Positions 33,127 through 47,028 of a DNA stretch of 64,000 nucleotides are shown one piece after another. The stretch spans positions 26,924,551 to 26,988,550 of the forward strand of contig CM119266.1 in the NCBI GenBank assembly GCA_051294375.1, written 5' to 3'. The notes below the pieces were generated by a model that was not told where the DNA came from, made no database searches, and saw nothing but the letters and a program-made list of their open reading frames with translations. This DNA comes from Paraspadella gotoi. Lineage: Eukaryota > Animalia > Chaetognatha. The position numbers were made by a program, and so were the translations under genes. Within the stretch, counting starts at the first letter, position 1. Each line of letters begins with the position of its first letter.

Positions 33127-36100
33127 TCAAGCGTCCCCTTGCATGATGGCGTGCACTTGCTCCAAGCGATACGCCAACTTATTCTTACGCGCAAATTCGT
33201 CGTCTTCGAGCGATAGCAAGAGAGCGTCGGAATATTTTGCGGCGTAAGAATACAACTCCTGGAGCGCTGCGGTCGTGTTGAAGTCGTTGGCATGGTTACG
33301 AGATTCCTCCGCTAACATGGCCGCCATGTCTTGGTCAGAGTAAGATTCGTGGAGTTGAATGTCGCTGCACAGAGGGAGGAGGTTTAAAAAAAAAACAAGA
33401 TAATCAATCGAAATTCCCCAGATGAAAATCCAAAACTCCCGCCAATACACAATTTCCTGCTTCCCCTACTCACCGATAATATCTCTCGACCCACTGCTTG
33501 TATTTGGGAATGTCCTTGGCGTAGAGGAGCTTGGAGGAAGGGGAATCCTTGCCCAGCTGATGAGCGGACATGGAGCAGGAGTCCATGAAGGTCTGTGCGA
33601 CGACGGAGAGGCATGCGTCGAGGATGTTTGACTTGTGGATGTCAAAAATGAAGTTGGGATTTTTGATGAGGTTGACCCAAAAGCGAAGCGGGAGCGAGTT
33701 GGACTTCCAAGTGTGGACCACTTCGGGGTCGGTGACGCCGTGGTGAATGGCTTGGTCATCCAAGAAGTCGAACATGTACTTGATGGCCAAGGGTAAGGCT
33801 GATCCTACGGGATAAAAATATTCGATAACGATTAAATGATAAATGATTATTGTCAGGTAACAATAATGCTAGTAATTGAGATATGCAGGTAGCCAATAAT
33901 CGAATCGTATGACATACTTTAGTTGACTATTTTTAAAATAATTCGTGTTTTTAAGATCTAATACTTACAATACAATTCAAAATGAAATCTTAAGGCTTCC
34001 CCCCACCTCCTACTTACCGCGGTGAGCCGTCGAGAAGATGGTCTCGATGAGGTCGTCGACGTATTGCTGCAGCGTCCCCTTGGTCGCCAACAGCCTCGTC
34101 AAGTAGACCTCGGAGACCATCTTTCCCTCGCGACTCTCCCCGTCCTTGTCGACTTCCTGAGGTTTGACCAGATGCCAAACGCGAACCCCGTGGTCCGGGT
34201 CCAGGGCTTCCGTCGTGGTGTGGGGGCTTAGTCCGAGACCCTGTCGAGAGAAGGACAGAGAAATTGATGCAATTTTAGGCGTTTGGTTCGTTGTTTATTC
34301 TCACATCAGCATTGATTTGGTTGATTGATTTGATCGATTTAATTGATTTCTTTGACTTTATTATTTTTTTCTTCTTCTTTTTCTTTTTCCTTTCTTCCTT
34401 TCTTTCTTTCTCTCTCGCTTTCTTTTACCTGCGACCCTCTGAGATTAGCGAAGGAGGCGTCCCTGGATCCGCCCCCGCTCACGCGGCCCGACGTCATGGG
34501 CGAGGGCATGGACCAGCCGCCGCCGCCGTGACCCCCGACGTTTGGCACTCCCCAGGGGGCGTTGCCGTTTCCGGCGGGGTGTTGTGAGTGGTATTCGACG
34601 GAGCCGTTGAGGGGTGAAAAGGCGCGGAGTGATCGGTTCGTCGAAGGCGGTAGGGCGGAGAGGTTGAAAGACTGTCGGGGCATGATGGCGAGGAGAGCGC
34701 CGTCGGGAATGCCTGAGGTGACGAATGGGAGTGAGGGGTGAGTTACACTTACTCAGGTGAGAGAGTTAACGGTTGGATTGCGATCTGAAAATTGGCAAGC
34801 GATTTTGACTTTCGTATCAAGGAGAATTTTTATAAAAAATGAAAGTAATAAAGATATTTGAACTTTAAAAAAAAACAAAATAAAATGGTATAATAAAAAT
34901 GAAATAGCTGCAATATGCAAATGAGATTTAGGAACTTTCATTAGACAAAAGAAAAAAGAAAAAATAAGATTGAAGATAAATAAAAAATCAGTATCAAAAT
35001 GACTGTGTATATTATCTAATCAAAATGATTAGAATTAAATTAAATTCTTATTTAAAATCACAATGTACTCACGGAAGTGAGCGATGGTGTTGAGCCTCTT
35101 CCAGTGGTTGACGGTTTTCGTGGTGGAGTCGTCGTCGTTGAGGAGAACACGCGCCGTTTTGAAAGTCCGCCACTCAAGGTCCAAGTCTTCGCGACAGGGA
35201 CGCAGAGACCTGACGCCCGAAAAGGTGAGGAAATCTCGTGAAAACTTAATAAACTTTTTTTGACATTAAATTAAATTAAATAAAAATAATTTTATTTATT
35301 TTAGACCATAGTATTTACCTTTAAAATGAATACCTAATTTTTTTTAAACTGCCATGTTTCTCTTATTTAAAAAGTTTTTTGATATCTATCAATTTTTGAT
35401 TTACAATAGTCAATACTAATCGCGTCGCGAGTAAATCTGACCGATGGCGGGATGAACGATTCATCGCGTTTAAATAGTAAACCATAAGAAGGCTGTATGT
35501 AAAAGATAGATTTCTTAAAAGATATTTTTTTATTGATTATCTTGAAACTACTCGAATAACATATTTATTGGTTGACGTATTGATTGTCTGACTTTTGTTT
35601 TCCTTCCGAATTCCCAGGCCATTCCCCTCCACCTCCCTTTTCCAAATCACTCACCATGGGGCGCTCTTGTAGAAAGCGTCGAGGATTTTGTCTTTGACTT
35701 GGGAAATGCAATCGCAGTCGAGGACGCGAACCTGCACCGTCTGAGGAGACGACGACGGGTGCATCGAGACGCCGTGGGGGTTCGACGCCACGTAAGACAC
35801 TGGCGGCACCTGTGAAAGGAGATCGGGTTTTCCTCGGTGATTTATCTCTCGGTTGAAAATTAAAAGTGACCGAATTCATCGAGCAATCTTTGCTTACCAT
35901 ATATCCGTTGATGGTGGAGGCTTGGTGATGCTGAGGATGACCGAACAGAACTCCGCCGACTCCGTTCGAAGTCACCTGAGAAACACACAGATGTTGTTTA
36001 TTCCATTTGTTGTTTATTGAATATCTTCGATTTACCCTATTTTTATCTGGTTTTCTTTGTACATTCGTTAAGTTTTTATTCGTATTGTTTTGGTTTTGAA

Positions 36101-39100
36101 CTACGACGCCACGCCCAGAAATCACCTGCATCCCGACTGATGCCGGCGGAATCGGCGTCAAATCTCCGCACTGAACATTGAGTGTGACCGCCCGGTAGTC
36201 GATCGGTTGACGGATGAGTTTGTCTTCGGACAAAGAAAATCGCGCCTCGTGGGTCACAAAGTCCACCGGGCCTGGGGGTGGGTGGATGAAGGAAGGGGGG
36301 GAAGAAGCGAGGGAAAAAGGCAGAGTGGGGGAATAGTAGAATAAAAAGTGGGGAGAGAGAGATAAAAAGGGTGAGGGATCGGGAAATAAAAAGTAGAGTT
36401 GACGGCTCGCAAGGGAAACCAAAAAAATAATACCAGCTCGGTTGAACTAACCTTTTTCTACTTGTTGCTTGATGGCTCTGGCCAACATGAACAAAGGCTC
36501 TCCCGAACATTCCCTCAAATTCTTGTACAACAAGGCAGTGAACCAGTTCGTCAACATCTTCTCAGCAATGCTTTCAGCACGTCTGCGGGGGGAAGAGAAG
36601 GTAGAGTGTGTGTGTTTTTATTGGTGAAAAAAGAAAAAAATAAAATAAAACAAAAAAAAAGAAAATAAAACAAATAAGAAAAGAAAATAAACAACGTAAG
36701 TCCAGACTGAACAAAACCAAAGAACGATCAAAACGAACCTGAGGAGCAGCTTGGGATGACTCTTTCCTTCAATCGATTTTTCGATCAGCTCCGCGAGGAG
36801 AGTCTTCAAGATTTCAGTGCAATACTCCATCTTCGATTGCAGCGCCACCATCACCAACGAAGCCACGTTGACGCGATCGCGCATCGAGAATTTCTTGTCT
36901 GTAAAGAAGGATATGATTTTAATGCTATTAGAATATTAATCTATATCTTCGTTATGATTACCTAATCAAGAAGAGTATCAATGAAAATTATTTCCTTCTT
37001 GTTCGTCTCTTTAACTAACTTTAATGTACATTGTACATTGTAAAGGTTCCTAGCGTCGATGAGGTATAGACAATTAACTACATTCAACTACAATTAACTA
37101 CATTTTTTACAGTATAAAATATTCTACAATAAAATTATTTGGTCTGTTCCTCACTGAATCGATTTTTATGTTACTCTATATTTAAATGCTTCAGAGTGTC
37201 AAAAATACAGAGTAATATATAATTTTTTTATACAAATTTGTAATTGAATAATTTAAAATATCTTCTGTGTTACCTATAAAATATATCTTAAAAATTTTTT
37301 TGCTTTTTATGATCTCTAATAGACATTTCCACATTATATAATATATAGCTTACATATAGTTTTCAAACTGTTCCGCATTAACCTACTTATATCAAAAGTG
37401 GCGCTCTAACGATTAAAAATCGGCGAAACCTAACTACACAGTTTGTTTTTTTTTACTAGGAAATTTTTTTTTTTCTGAACGAAATCACGAAACAAAGTTA
37501 AGTAGTGATTACGTTAAAGAGGTTTTATTTAGTTTTGTTTAAATTTAAAAAAAAACCCGAAAAAAAAATTTAAAAAAATTATTCCATGTGATAGTTTTTC
37601 AACTACATCCGTTTCTAAGAGAAAAAATCTACTGGCGTTAAAGGAATTTTTTGTTACCATTTTCTTAAGTTGAGCATACTATTTCGGTCTATTCTTTTTC
37701 TCGCCTTAATTTTAAAACTACTTATGGTTATATTTCTTTCTTTTCCTAAAATTTGACGATTTCTCATCGTAGAAACGAAAGCAGAAGGGGGAGGGGGGAA
37801 ACCCGCATTGAAATATCTCAGCTAAAAAAAGGCGCCAATAACTCCAGCCTCTTCAAAGCCGTGTGTCGATTCGTCGAAAGCGCCGCCAACCGCCAACGCC
37901 CAAAGGTTGCACCACCCATCCGCCACCCATAATTGTCGATCCCTTTTCATTCTTCCCTCCCACGCCCGGCTTCATCCCTTAAAAGCGCCGAAGCCACCCG
38001 CGATGCCAAGAGTGATGCCGACGACGGCGACGACGACGACGGCGCCGATGATGATGTTCATCTTCTGATTTTTCCACCACATCTTCCGGTCGATCTGAGG
38101 GACGGGAAATGATTGTCGGGCATCGTTCGACTCGTCATCGTCATCGGACGAAGACCTTCTTGGAGTTGGTGTGGAACTGCTTGGCGTCTTCGGCGAGGGT
38201 GCCGGCCGTCTCCTCCAAATCGTCCAACTTGACGTCGCGCTTCATGAGCTCGTCCAAGTTGTCGCGCATCTTTCCCGTGATCTTAATCAATGGAGGGGTG
38301 GTGAAGACAGTTGGGGAGCGTGGCTCGCGACGTCGCGAAAATTCGGTCCTTTTTTTTTTACATCGACTTCCTTAATTATCTTATTCATTCATATTTGAAT
38401 TTTCCTTTTTTTTCCCTTTCTCTTATTGATTTTTACCCTTTTTTCTATTTTCTTTCTTTCTTTTCTTATCTTTTTTTTTGTCTTTCTCTGTTTCTTTGTT
38501 TCTTTCTCTCTTCTACCGATTTTGTCACGAAACGCTTCCTATAATAAGCATTTCGAACACCCCAGAAATTTTTAACACCTCTCATTTATCCCCCTCTCAC
38601 TCCAAAAAAAAAAGTCCCACACCCTGTCAGTCTTGGAATTCAACATCTTGACTTGATCCTCCTCCGAGAGTTCTTTCGCCGCCGAACTCTTGCGCGCTCC
38701 AGCGGCTCCGGCTCCGGCGCCAGCGCCAGCAGCGGCAGAGCCGGACCCGGCCGTCGCCGATCCCCCGACGGTCGAGCTCTTCCGGCCTTGGGACGGATCG
38801 CGGGACACCGAGCGTCGCTGCTGTGGCAGGGCCGCCGCCCCAGCACCTTTGTTGGCGTTGTCAGCTGCATTGGTGTTGGTCTCCGTGTCGGCGTTGCTGT
38901 TGGACTGGTTGCTGACGTTGACGCTCGGGTCGTCGTCTTTAACGGCGTTTTCGTTGAAGTTAGTGTCGGAGTCGCGGGGCTCGACGGTTTCGCCGTTCTT
39001 AGAGGTGGGGGGGCGGTGAATTGGAGTAATAAATAGGAAAAAAAGTCGATAAGAGCGAAAAAAAACCCAAAATAAAACAATATGGCGCAAGGATCGAACA

Positions 39101-42100
39101 AGTGATGACCGACCGACCGACTGACGATACCTCAACGTCCACCAAAATTAGATGTTTGTCTCCGAGTTGAACGCAACGATCGATTTCGGGCGACGACTTC
39201 TCCTGATTGGACGACGGATTCGGCGGGAAATGATAAGGAGATAGAGATGGAGAGAATAAAGGAAAAAAGTAAAGGAAAGGGAAAAAGTTTGGAGGGGAAA
39301 CAAGAAAAAGAGAGGAAAGTAAAAGCGGGAGAGAAAAAAATGCTAAGCTCACGAAAATAATCTGACGTTAACACAAAAACCGCCAATGTGGTTCACGAGA
39401 AAAAACAGAAGGATAGAAAGGGAGGGGGAGGGGGGGAGGGGAGGAGAGAAAGGGAGGGGGAGAGAGAGAGGGAGGGGAGGGAGAGGGAAAGAGAGAGAGA
39501 GGGAAAGAGAGAGAGAGAGGGGGGTGAGAGGGGAGGGGGAGAGAGGGGAGGGGGAGACACAGAGAGAGATGAAGAGATGAAAGAGCGGTAGAGATATTGA
39601 ATTTTTTTAAAAATGGAAAAAAAATGGTGCTGACGTTGTCTTCCTCCAACATCGGTCTGGTTTCCTCCGCATCCATCGCTATTTCATCGCGGGCTTGGGC
39701 CGGACCTTTGGTCGTCGTTGTCGTTGTTGTGGTTGTTGTTGTCTTGGCGCTTGACTCTTGCGACGGGCGGTCCTCCCTACGGAAAGTTGGTGAGAAGACT
39801 CGGGTTGTTCGCGTCAGATTTTTCTGATCGATTTTTTGAAAAAGATCGGATCGTTTTGCGTCAACGATGTTCAAGACATTTTTACCAACGGCCTCACTCC
39901 AGCGTTGCCCGATCAATTGAAATGACCGGCACCGGATTTTTGCACAATAGTAGAAGGGCTCTCCACAGCCTCGACACAAAATTGGCTCCGGCTTCTCCCT
40001 AAAAGAACTCGCCTCACTCCAGCCTTGCCATCATCACTTCGACGGTCATGACGAATCTTTTTCTTCTCGCCGCGACCAAAGGGCATCGCTGAGAAGAGGC
40101 CGTTCTTGATAATACGGCTTCTTCGATCGCTTATGCCTTTTTCTTTCTTTCTTTGTTCCTTTTCATCGCTTTTGAGGGAAATTAATTATTACATTTTTTA
40201 ATTTTTTTTTTTTTTCTTCTTTTTTTCCAAAATAGAATACAAATTAAATCGCTCGTTAGGTTTTAGGATTTTAACGATTAAGTTGCGTCACAGAAGTCGA
40301 AACATCGAATCCCCCCCCCCTTTTCGTCGACTCGAGCTTACCATCGTCGCACGCTAACTTATCCGCGCCCGCCGTAAAAATTTGCCATCGAAATTGGGAG
40401 GAGAAATTTTAGTTATGTTTTGTTTATTTTTTTTTTTGATCAACGAAGACAAAATATTTTTTTTTTCGGTCTTAAATTCTCGTGGGAATTCTAAACGTTG
40501 ATAGTATTAATGGTTTCTAAAGCATTTCTTTGCCTTAAGAGTCGGCGGGGATGGAGAGATTGCCAATGCGTATTCCCTGTATCTTTTTTCTATTTCGTTA
40601 TCTTTTAATTTTATTATTTCAAGGTCGTTCGTATCTAGCTCTATATCATCATATAAAATTTAATTCTTCTTCCTTTACTATCGATCTTTAATCTACTTTA
40701 GCTTTCTCGATCTATCTCCACCCACAGAGCCTCGCTCCAACCCGAACTCACCCGCCTCCAGAGTTCGAATGAAGGCGAGGAGGAAAGTTCGATTCGTGAC
40801 GAGATTCCCGAAGAGACGAAGTCCGCGTTCGGTGCAGTCGCCGTTCTTGTTGATGTCGCCCATGAAGTGCTCCTGTTGGGAGGGGGAGGCGAGGAAAGGT
40901 AAGTCGCGGGAAAGGGAAAATGCTGCGTAAGTCAAAGGAATAAGGCCTAAAATTCGTTATTAAATTGGGGAGGAGAAAAAAAGAAAAATTTACAAATCTA
41001 AAAGTCATTGATTCATTAAGTCCATAATTTTATATATTTTTCTGACAAAAAAAAAAAAAAAAAATTTTTTTTTCAGTAGAAGATTGATCGCGCGATGCAC
41101 CGTGTTTGTCAGGGGAAAAAAATGGAAAAGCAAACCAAGCGTAAAACCGGTCGTAACAATAACGAAAGATGATGGAGAGTAAAACGATGATTGACGGAAA
41201 CAAAATATCAATAATTATATAATGGTTACTGGTCAGTGGCTCGCCGTGGAAGATGGATCAAATTGCTTAAGAAAAAACTGAAAAAAAAAATAGAAGAAAG
41301 GAAGAAAAAAATAAAAATAGAAAGAAAGAAATCCGAAACAACAGGGTGCCAACAGAAGCGAACTTACTTGAGCCACGGGGTGCGCTTCGTTGCTAGTCGG
41401 GAACAAAACTCGCATCATGTAGTTTTTGTAGTCGAGGAACGGAATTCCGCCTGGTAAGAGAGAAGCGGTGGTAAAAGAGAGGTGGAAAGACAGGTATCGA
41501 ATGACAGGAAAGGATTCAAAGAGAAGCTGATCAAATTGAGAAGACAAAAGACTGACCAGCGGCCAAGTCGGAGGTGATCTCGGACACGTCGGTTTGCAAC
41601 TCTGCGAAAGCCTCTTTGCATTCCTTGGCCACGCGCGATTCCAAGACGTCCATCTGGTTCTGAAGATGCGCCAACTGACTCCGGGACTTGCTCGATTTCC
41701 TGCAGAGAAAAGAATGGGGAGGGGAAAGGTTGAGGGGAAAGGGAGGAGAAAGTTGAGGGGAAAGGGGAGGGGAAAGGGGGAGGGGAAGTGGGAGGGGAAA
41801 GGGGGAGGGGAAGGGAGGGGAAAGGAGGAGGGGAAAGGGGGAGGGGAAAGTTTGAGGGGAAAGGGGAGGGGAAAGTTTGAGGGGAAAGGAGGTGGATGAG
41901 GAAGCGATCTTTGTCAAAAGATTGATGTATGTTTGAAAGAGACGGAGACAGAAAGATAGATGGAGTACAAACGCGCTTTCACGAGATGTCTCTCTCTCTT
42001 TCTCTCTTTTTGTCACAAGCCAAGAAAAAAGAAAAAAAAAGGTTGGACTCAAAAGTTGTCAACGAGACTTTCCAAAGTAAACCCCCCCCACCCTGCCACC

Positions 42101-45100
42101 TCTTTCTTTATCTGTTATCTTTCTCACATTCCTCTCTCATCCCTCCCAACGAAAACGAGTCGTTTTTCACGACTTTAACTTCTTCAGTTTCATCTTTACA
42201 CTCGACCCCGCGTTTCCCACTTTAAAACTCTTACATCCGGGTTGCATTCGCGAGTTTTATACCTCGAAGAGGCTGAATATGCTACCACGCCCTCATTTTT
42301 GCCCCTTTGATTTAGACGAGTGAAAGAGAAGTGGAAAGAGGAGACAGAGACGAAAGGAAATCGAAAATGAAATAAAAAGAGCATAAATAAAAAGCAGTCG
42401 CTTAAGAAAAATCCAGATTGACAAATTTTGACACAAAAAAAATACAATTTGAGAAAAAAAAATTTATAAACAGAAAGACAAATTCTATTTTGCGATTGTC
42501 AAAAAAATTTGAAAAAAGAAAATTAATTTATAAACAGAAAGATAAATTCTATTTTGCGATTATCAATTAAAAAAAATAATAAAGTACCGAAGAAAATTAA
42601 AGTTATAGTTTTTGAAAAAAAAAATATTGTCAAAAAATAAACTGATCAGCAGACGCAGCCCCTGAGAAAAAAAAACGAAATAAAAAACTGTCCCGACTCA
42701 ATTTTAAGGAAATCGATGATGAGAAGCTGTATATAAATTTTCAGCTTCATACACCCAAATTTAATCATAAAAAAGGCGATCTATAATTTGGAACGCCGAC
42801 GACGACGACAACGACGACGACGTCACTTATGTGCAAAACCACAGCAATATCGTCGCAATATTCTTAACTGCTACAATATGCAAATTAAGTTGAAGAAATC
42901 TCCGTCACCAAAATTCAAAAAGAAAAAGTCTTCAAAAAAACCAAAAGAATGAAAACGAAAAAAAGAAAAAAATACGAAGTAAAAAGAGCAACAAAAAAGA
43001 AGAAAGAAAAAAAAGAGAGAAAAACTTCTTTCTGTCTCTCACCTCTTGTAGGCGACGCCGAAGAAACAGAGAACGAGCAGTAAAACGCCCCCTGCGACGC
43101 CGATGGCAACCTTCAGCCAGAAGGGAAGAATTCCGTTGTCCTGGAAACGAGGAAGTGGGAGGGGGTCGGTGAAGAAAAGTTTTTTTGTTTTGTGTTTTGT
43201 TTTTCGAAAGGGGGCGGGGCAGGGGGGCGGGGGAACAACTGACTCGTTCAAGGACGAAGGTATAATCAATCTAAAACAGAGTCTGTTTTTGTTAAGAAGC
43301 GGAAAGATTTACGAAATCGAATTGAATCACGGAAAAGATCTAAGATTATCATTTAAACGAAATTGAAATATATTTTCAAAATTTTTTTATAAAAGTCACG
43401 AACTTAAAAAAAATAACAAATTTATTTTTTATCATTTCGTTACCTCGTACTGAAGATATCCTATTCCGTATGTTTTGTTCCCAATAACAACGAGCACCTG
43501 AAAAAAAAGAAGATATATCACTGAAGAAAATTCACTACTGGACTCCATTTTTTTGTAGTAAATCCACAATGACTGAAAGGAACTATATAGTTCATATTTT
43601 TTATCGACATTTATTATTTAAAGTATTTAATACCATTTGGAAAATCCGTTAAATTAAAAAAGAAGCTAGTCACGTCCTCGTTTTTACATGTAAAAGAAAA
43701 AGTAAAAGAAATAATAATTATCCCCATCATTATTTTTATTTGGCTCACTCTCGCGTCTATATCGTAATCTTTCTTAACAAATAAAAAAAAGAAGAAAAAA
43801 GCCTTGAATCTCGCTGAGAGAAAAAAAAGGGAAGAAATTCAAGGTTGCAATTTCCTGCGGCGGAAAAACGAGCGCCTACCGGAGTTTTATTGAGGAAAAA
43901 AAAGGAAAACAAGGAAAAGAAAAGAAAAATGGAAAAGAGAAAAGGAAAATAAAAAATACTGTGAAGAAGGAAAAAGAAGAAAAACAAGGTTGAGATAATT
44001 CAAAATGGAGGAAGATTTAACAAAAGGACAAAAAAGGAAAATAAAAAAATCAAATAAAAAAAAAGAATATAAGATATAAAACCATCTTGCACCGCTGTTC
44101 ACATTTTTTTTCTCTCTTTCTTGTCTCATCTGGAGTCAAAAAGAAAAAGAAAAATCTCCAAAAACCATATTTCTTTTTATATTTGTTTTTATTCTTACAA
44201 AAAAAGGAAACATTTTTCAGGTGCATCTTTTCTATTTTCCTTTTTGCGCCCGCTGCTTCATGAGAGGGAAACTGGATTACGGAGGAAGGAGGGAAAGGAC
44301 GAAAGTGGGGGCGAAAAAAGAAGGGGAGAATAAAGGAAAGGGGAGAATAAAGGATAAAAAGGAATAGAAAAAAGAGGAGAATAAAGGAAAGGGGAGAATA
44401 AAAAAAATAGGAGAATAAAGGAAAGGGGAGAATAAAAAAAAGAAGGATAAAGGATAGGGGAAATTAAGGAAAGTGGTACAATTAGAAATGAAAAGAGATA
44501 GAATATATGAAAATTCAAATAAAATTCAAAATAGTCAAAGCGAACCAACAAGCAGAAAAAAAGTGGAAAATTGGGAGAGGGGGTTAAGGAAAAGGGTAGA
44601 ACGACAAAGTGAGAAGATTTAGCTAATTTCCTCAGTCCCCGTTTTCATGTTTCTTAAATTTTTTTTCGCTTAATTTTAGTTCATGGTTAACGGGTTAACG
44701 GGTGCATTTAAAACGACCTCGGCCCATTATCGTGGGCGGCGTTTATACGGAGTAGATATTTCCCGACCTCAATATCTGGGCAACAAAAAAAAAAAAAGAG
44801 AAAGGAGGAAAAATATAACGAAGAAGCCAAGACGTACGATTCCTCCGAGGCTCGTTCCTCTCTCCCCCTTCACAATTCACATTTCGCCCCGCACTTTTTT
44901 TTTGGTATGTATTTCATCTTTCCTTCACGCAGTAGATAGCGCAATTTCGGCGCGAAAAAAAATATATAGAGCATTGGCAGATTGTATTCGGAATGTGAAA
45001 CGCAATGGGTAAAAATTAATATTTTTTTATTATGTATCAGGGATATTTAACTAAACACTAGTAACTGAACATTAAATTTTCAATTTCCATTGAACCTAGA

Positions 45101-46724
45101 AAAAAAAATCTCGAGATTTACCGAGGCAATATAATCGGGTCAGAAAGTGGGTAAGGGATGAGGCTCCTTACCTGCGGCAGGTTTCTCTCGTGCACCGGAA
45201 GGGCCAAGGGCTGCCCTTCGAACTCGGCGACCTTGAGCGGGTCCGGCTGCTTCTCCGGAGGCTGACAGTTGATCGCGCTGGGAGCCACTGGAGCGGGGAT
45301 GGAGGCGAGAGAAGAAGGAAGGAAAGAAATGCATAAAAATCCCATTCACAAAATAGTATGACCGGTAAGTGAGCGAAATTCGTTTCTAAACTTCGGAAAG
45401 TTAAGTTAAAAATTCACGAGGTCACTAATCTTTCATTCACATTTTCGTAAATCGGTTCATAAATTCCGCGCCAAAATATTCGCTTGTTTCTTTATCTTTC
45501 TCCTTTTCTTGTATGTACAGTATATTATACACCCAGTTACACACTTCCTTCCCTTCTTCAATTCACCGCCTTACTCAGTCTCCCCTCTTTCCCTCCCTTC
45601 TCTTCTCCTTCCTCACTTCTCCTCACGCCCCTCCCCGAGCCCCAGTTTCAATCCAAAAATCCTAAACTGGACTCGAGTTCCAGAAAATCTAATAAAATAA
45701 AAATCCGAAACGCCGTTTGAAAGGGAAACGCCTCTCTCGAGACCGGACGCCGTTTGACGCCGTCAAAAGAGACGCCGCGCCCAACCGCGTCACAGGCCCG
45801 TTACGCGGCCGGCGTGACGTCTACGAGGGGGAGACGGTCCCGGCCGTTACGTTTCTCGGCTTGGGGAGACTAGAGGGACGCATTAATCCATTCACAAAAT
45901 AAAATAAAATAAAATAAAGTTAAAAAAAAAATTGCTTCTTCTTAGATAAAAAAAAAGTATTAATTTACGATCCCAGGCGCCTCGCTTCTCACTCTATTCA
46001 GAATTTTTTCGTTATCATATTTTTTTCTTTTTCCTCTTTTGATAAAGTCGAGACGAAACGAAGACGAAGTGGTATTTTAGTAATAAATTAAAATATACAA
46101 TAATAATGTACTTTATAAATACACGAAACAAAAAAGTTCCATTCTCCCCTCCCACGAAACGTGTTTCTCACGAGCCGGTTCCTTCGTTTTTTAAGCCACA
46201 GCAGCCGCCATGTTCTTTTTTTTGTCGTCGTCGGTAACTTACCCTCCTCACTTAAGCCATTTCCTTTCGTTTCCCTCGATGCCTTCCTTTCTCCCCCAAA
46301 CACTGTTGCTCTTCCTTCCTTCGTGAGTTTAAAAGGGAAATAAAAATCCAAAGTGCATTCCGAGATAAAAAAGAATCCCTCATAGCGACGGCAGCGGCGG
46401 GAGCTTGGCTGCGGCGGCGGTGCGCTCTCCTTTAACTTGTCCGCGCCTTTTCTTGTTCGACGCTTTTTCGCAACCCCCCCCCCCGCACTCCACCCCCAAC
46501 CCAACCACAACTTCCCCCCCCACTTCTCCACTTTTCGGTAAAAGAAAGCGAGAAAGAAAAAGGCATCAGCTAAATTCAAATTGGCTTCCTAAAACCATTC
46601 GGTCGGGGGGGGGGCGCAATCCAGGGTAGGAAAAAAAACCGCCATTTCGCAGGCACGATGGAGAGGGGCGGAGAAAAGAGAAGAAGAGAAGAAAAGAGAG
46701 GAAAAGAAAGAGAAATAAGAGCGC

Positions 46725-46756
<32 letters not shown>

Positions 46757-46982
46757 AGGAAACAGAGAGAGAGAAAAAAAGAGACAATCGATAAGCGAAT
46801 TTTCTGCGCTCGGTTGAACCATCACGAGAAATATCGCACTTTAGCGCCAACTTCTTCCTCTCTCCCTCCCTTTTTATCTCTCTCTTTTTTAAAAAAATTT
46901 AGCTTATTTTTTCCCATTTTTTTACCAAAGATTTTTTTGTTGCGCCGTCTTTTAAAATTTTAAAGCAAAATTCCGTTGTCGA

Positions 46983-47028
<46 letters not shown>

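Noticed and set aside
40339-40344. ATG directly followed by a GTAAGC donor as the first exon of the nested VAMP
   Set aside because: No nearby acceptor was found that puts it in frame with the 39676 exon; left unresolved and not annotated.
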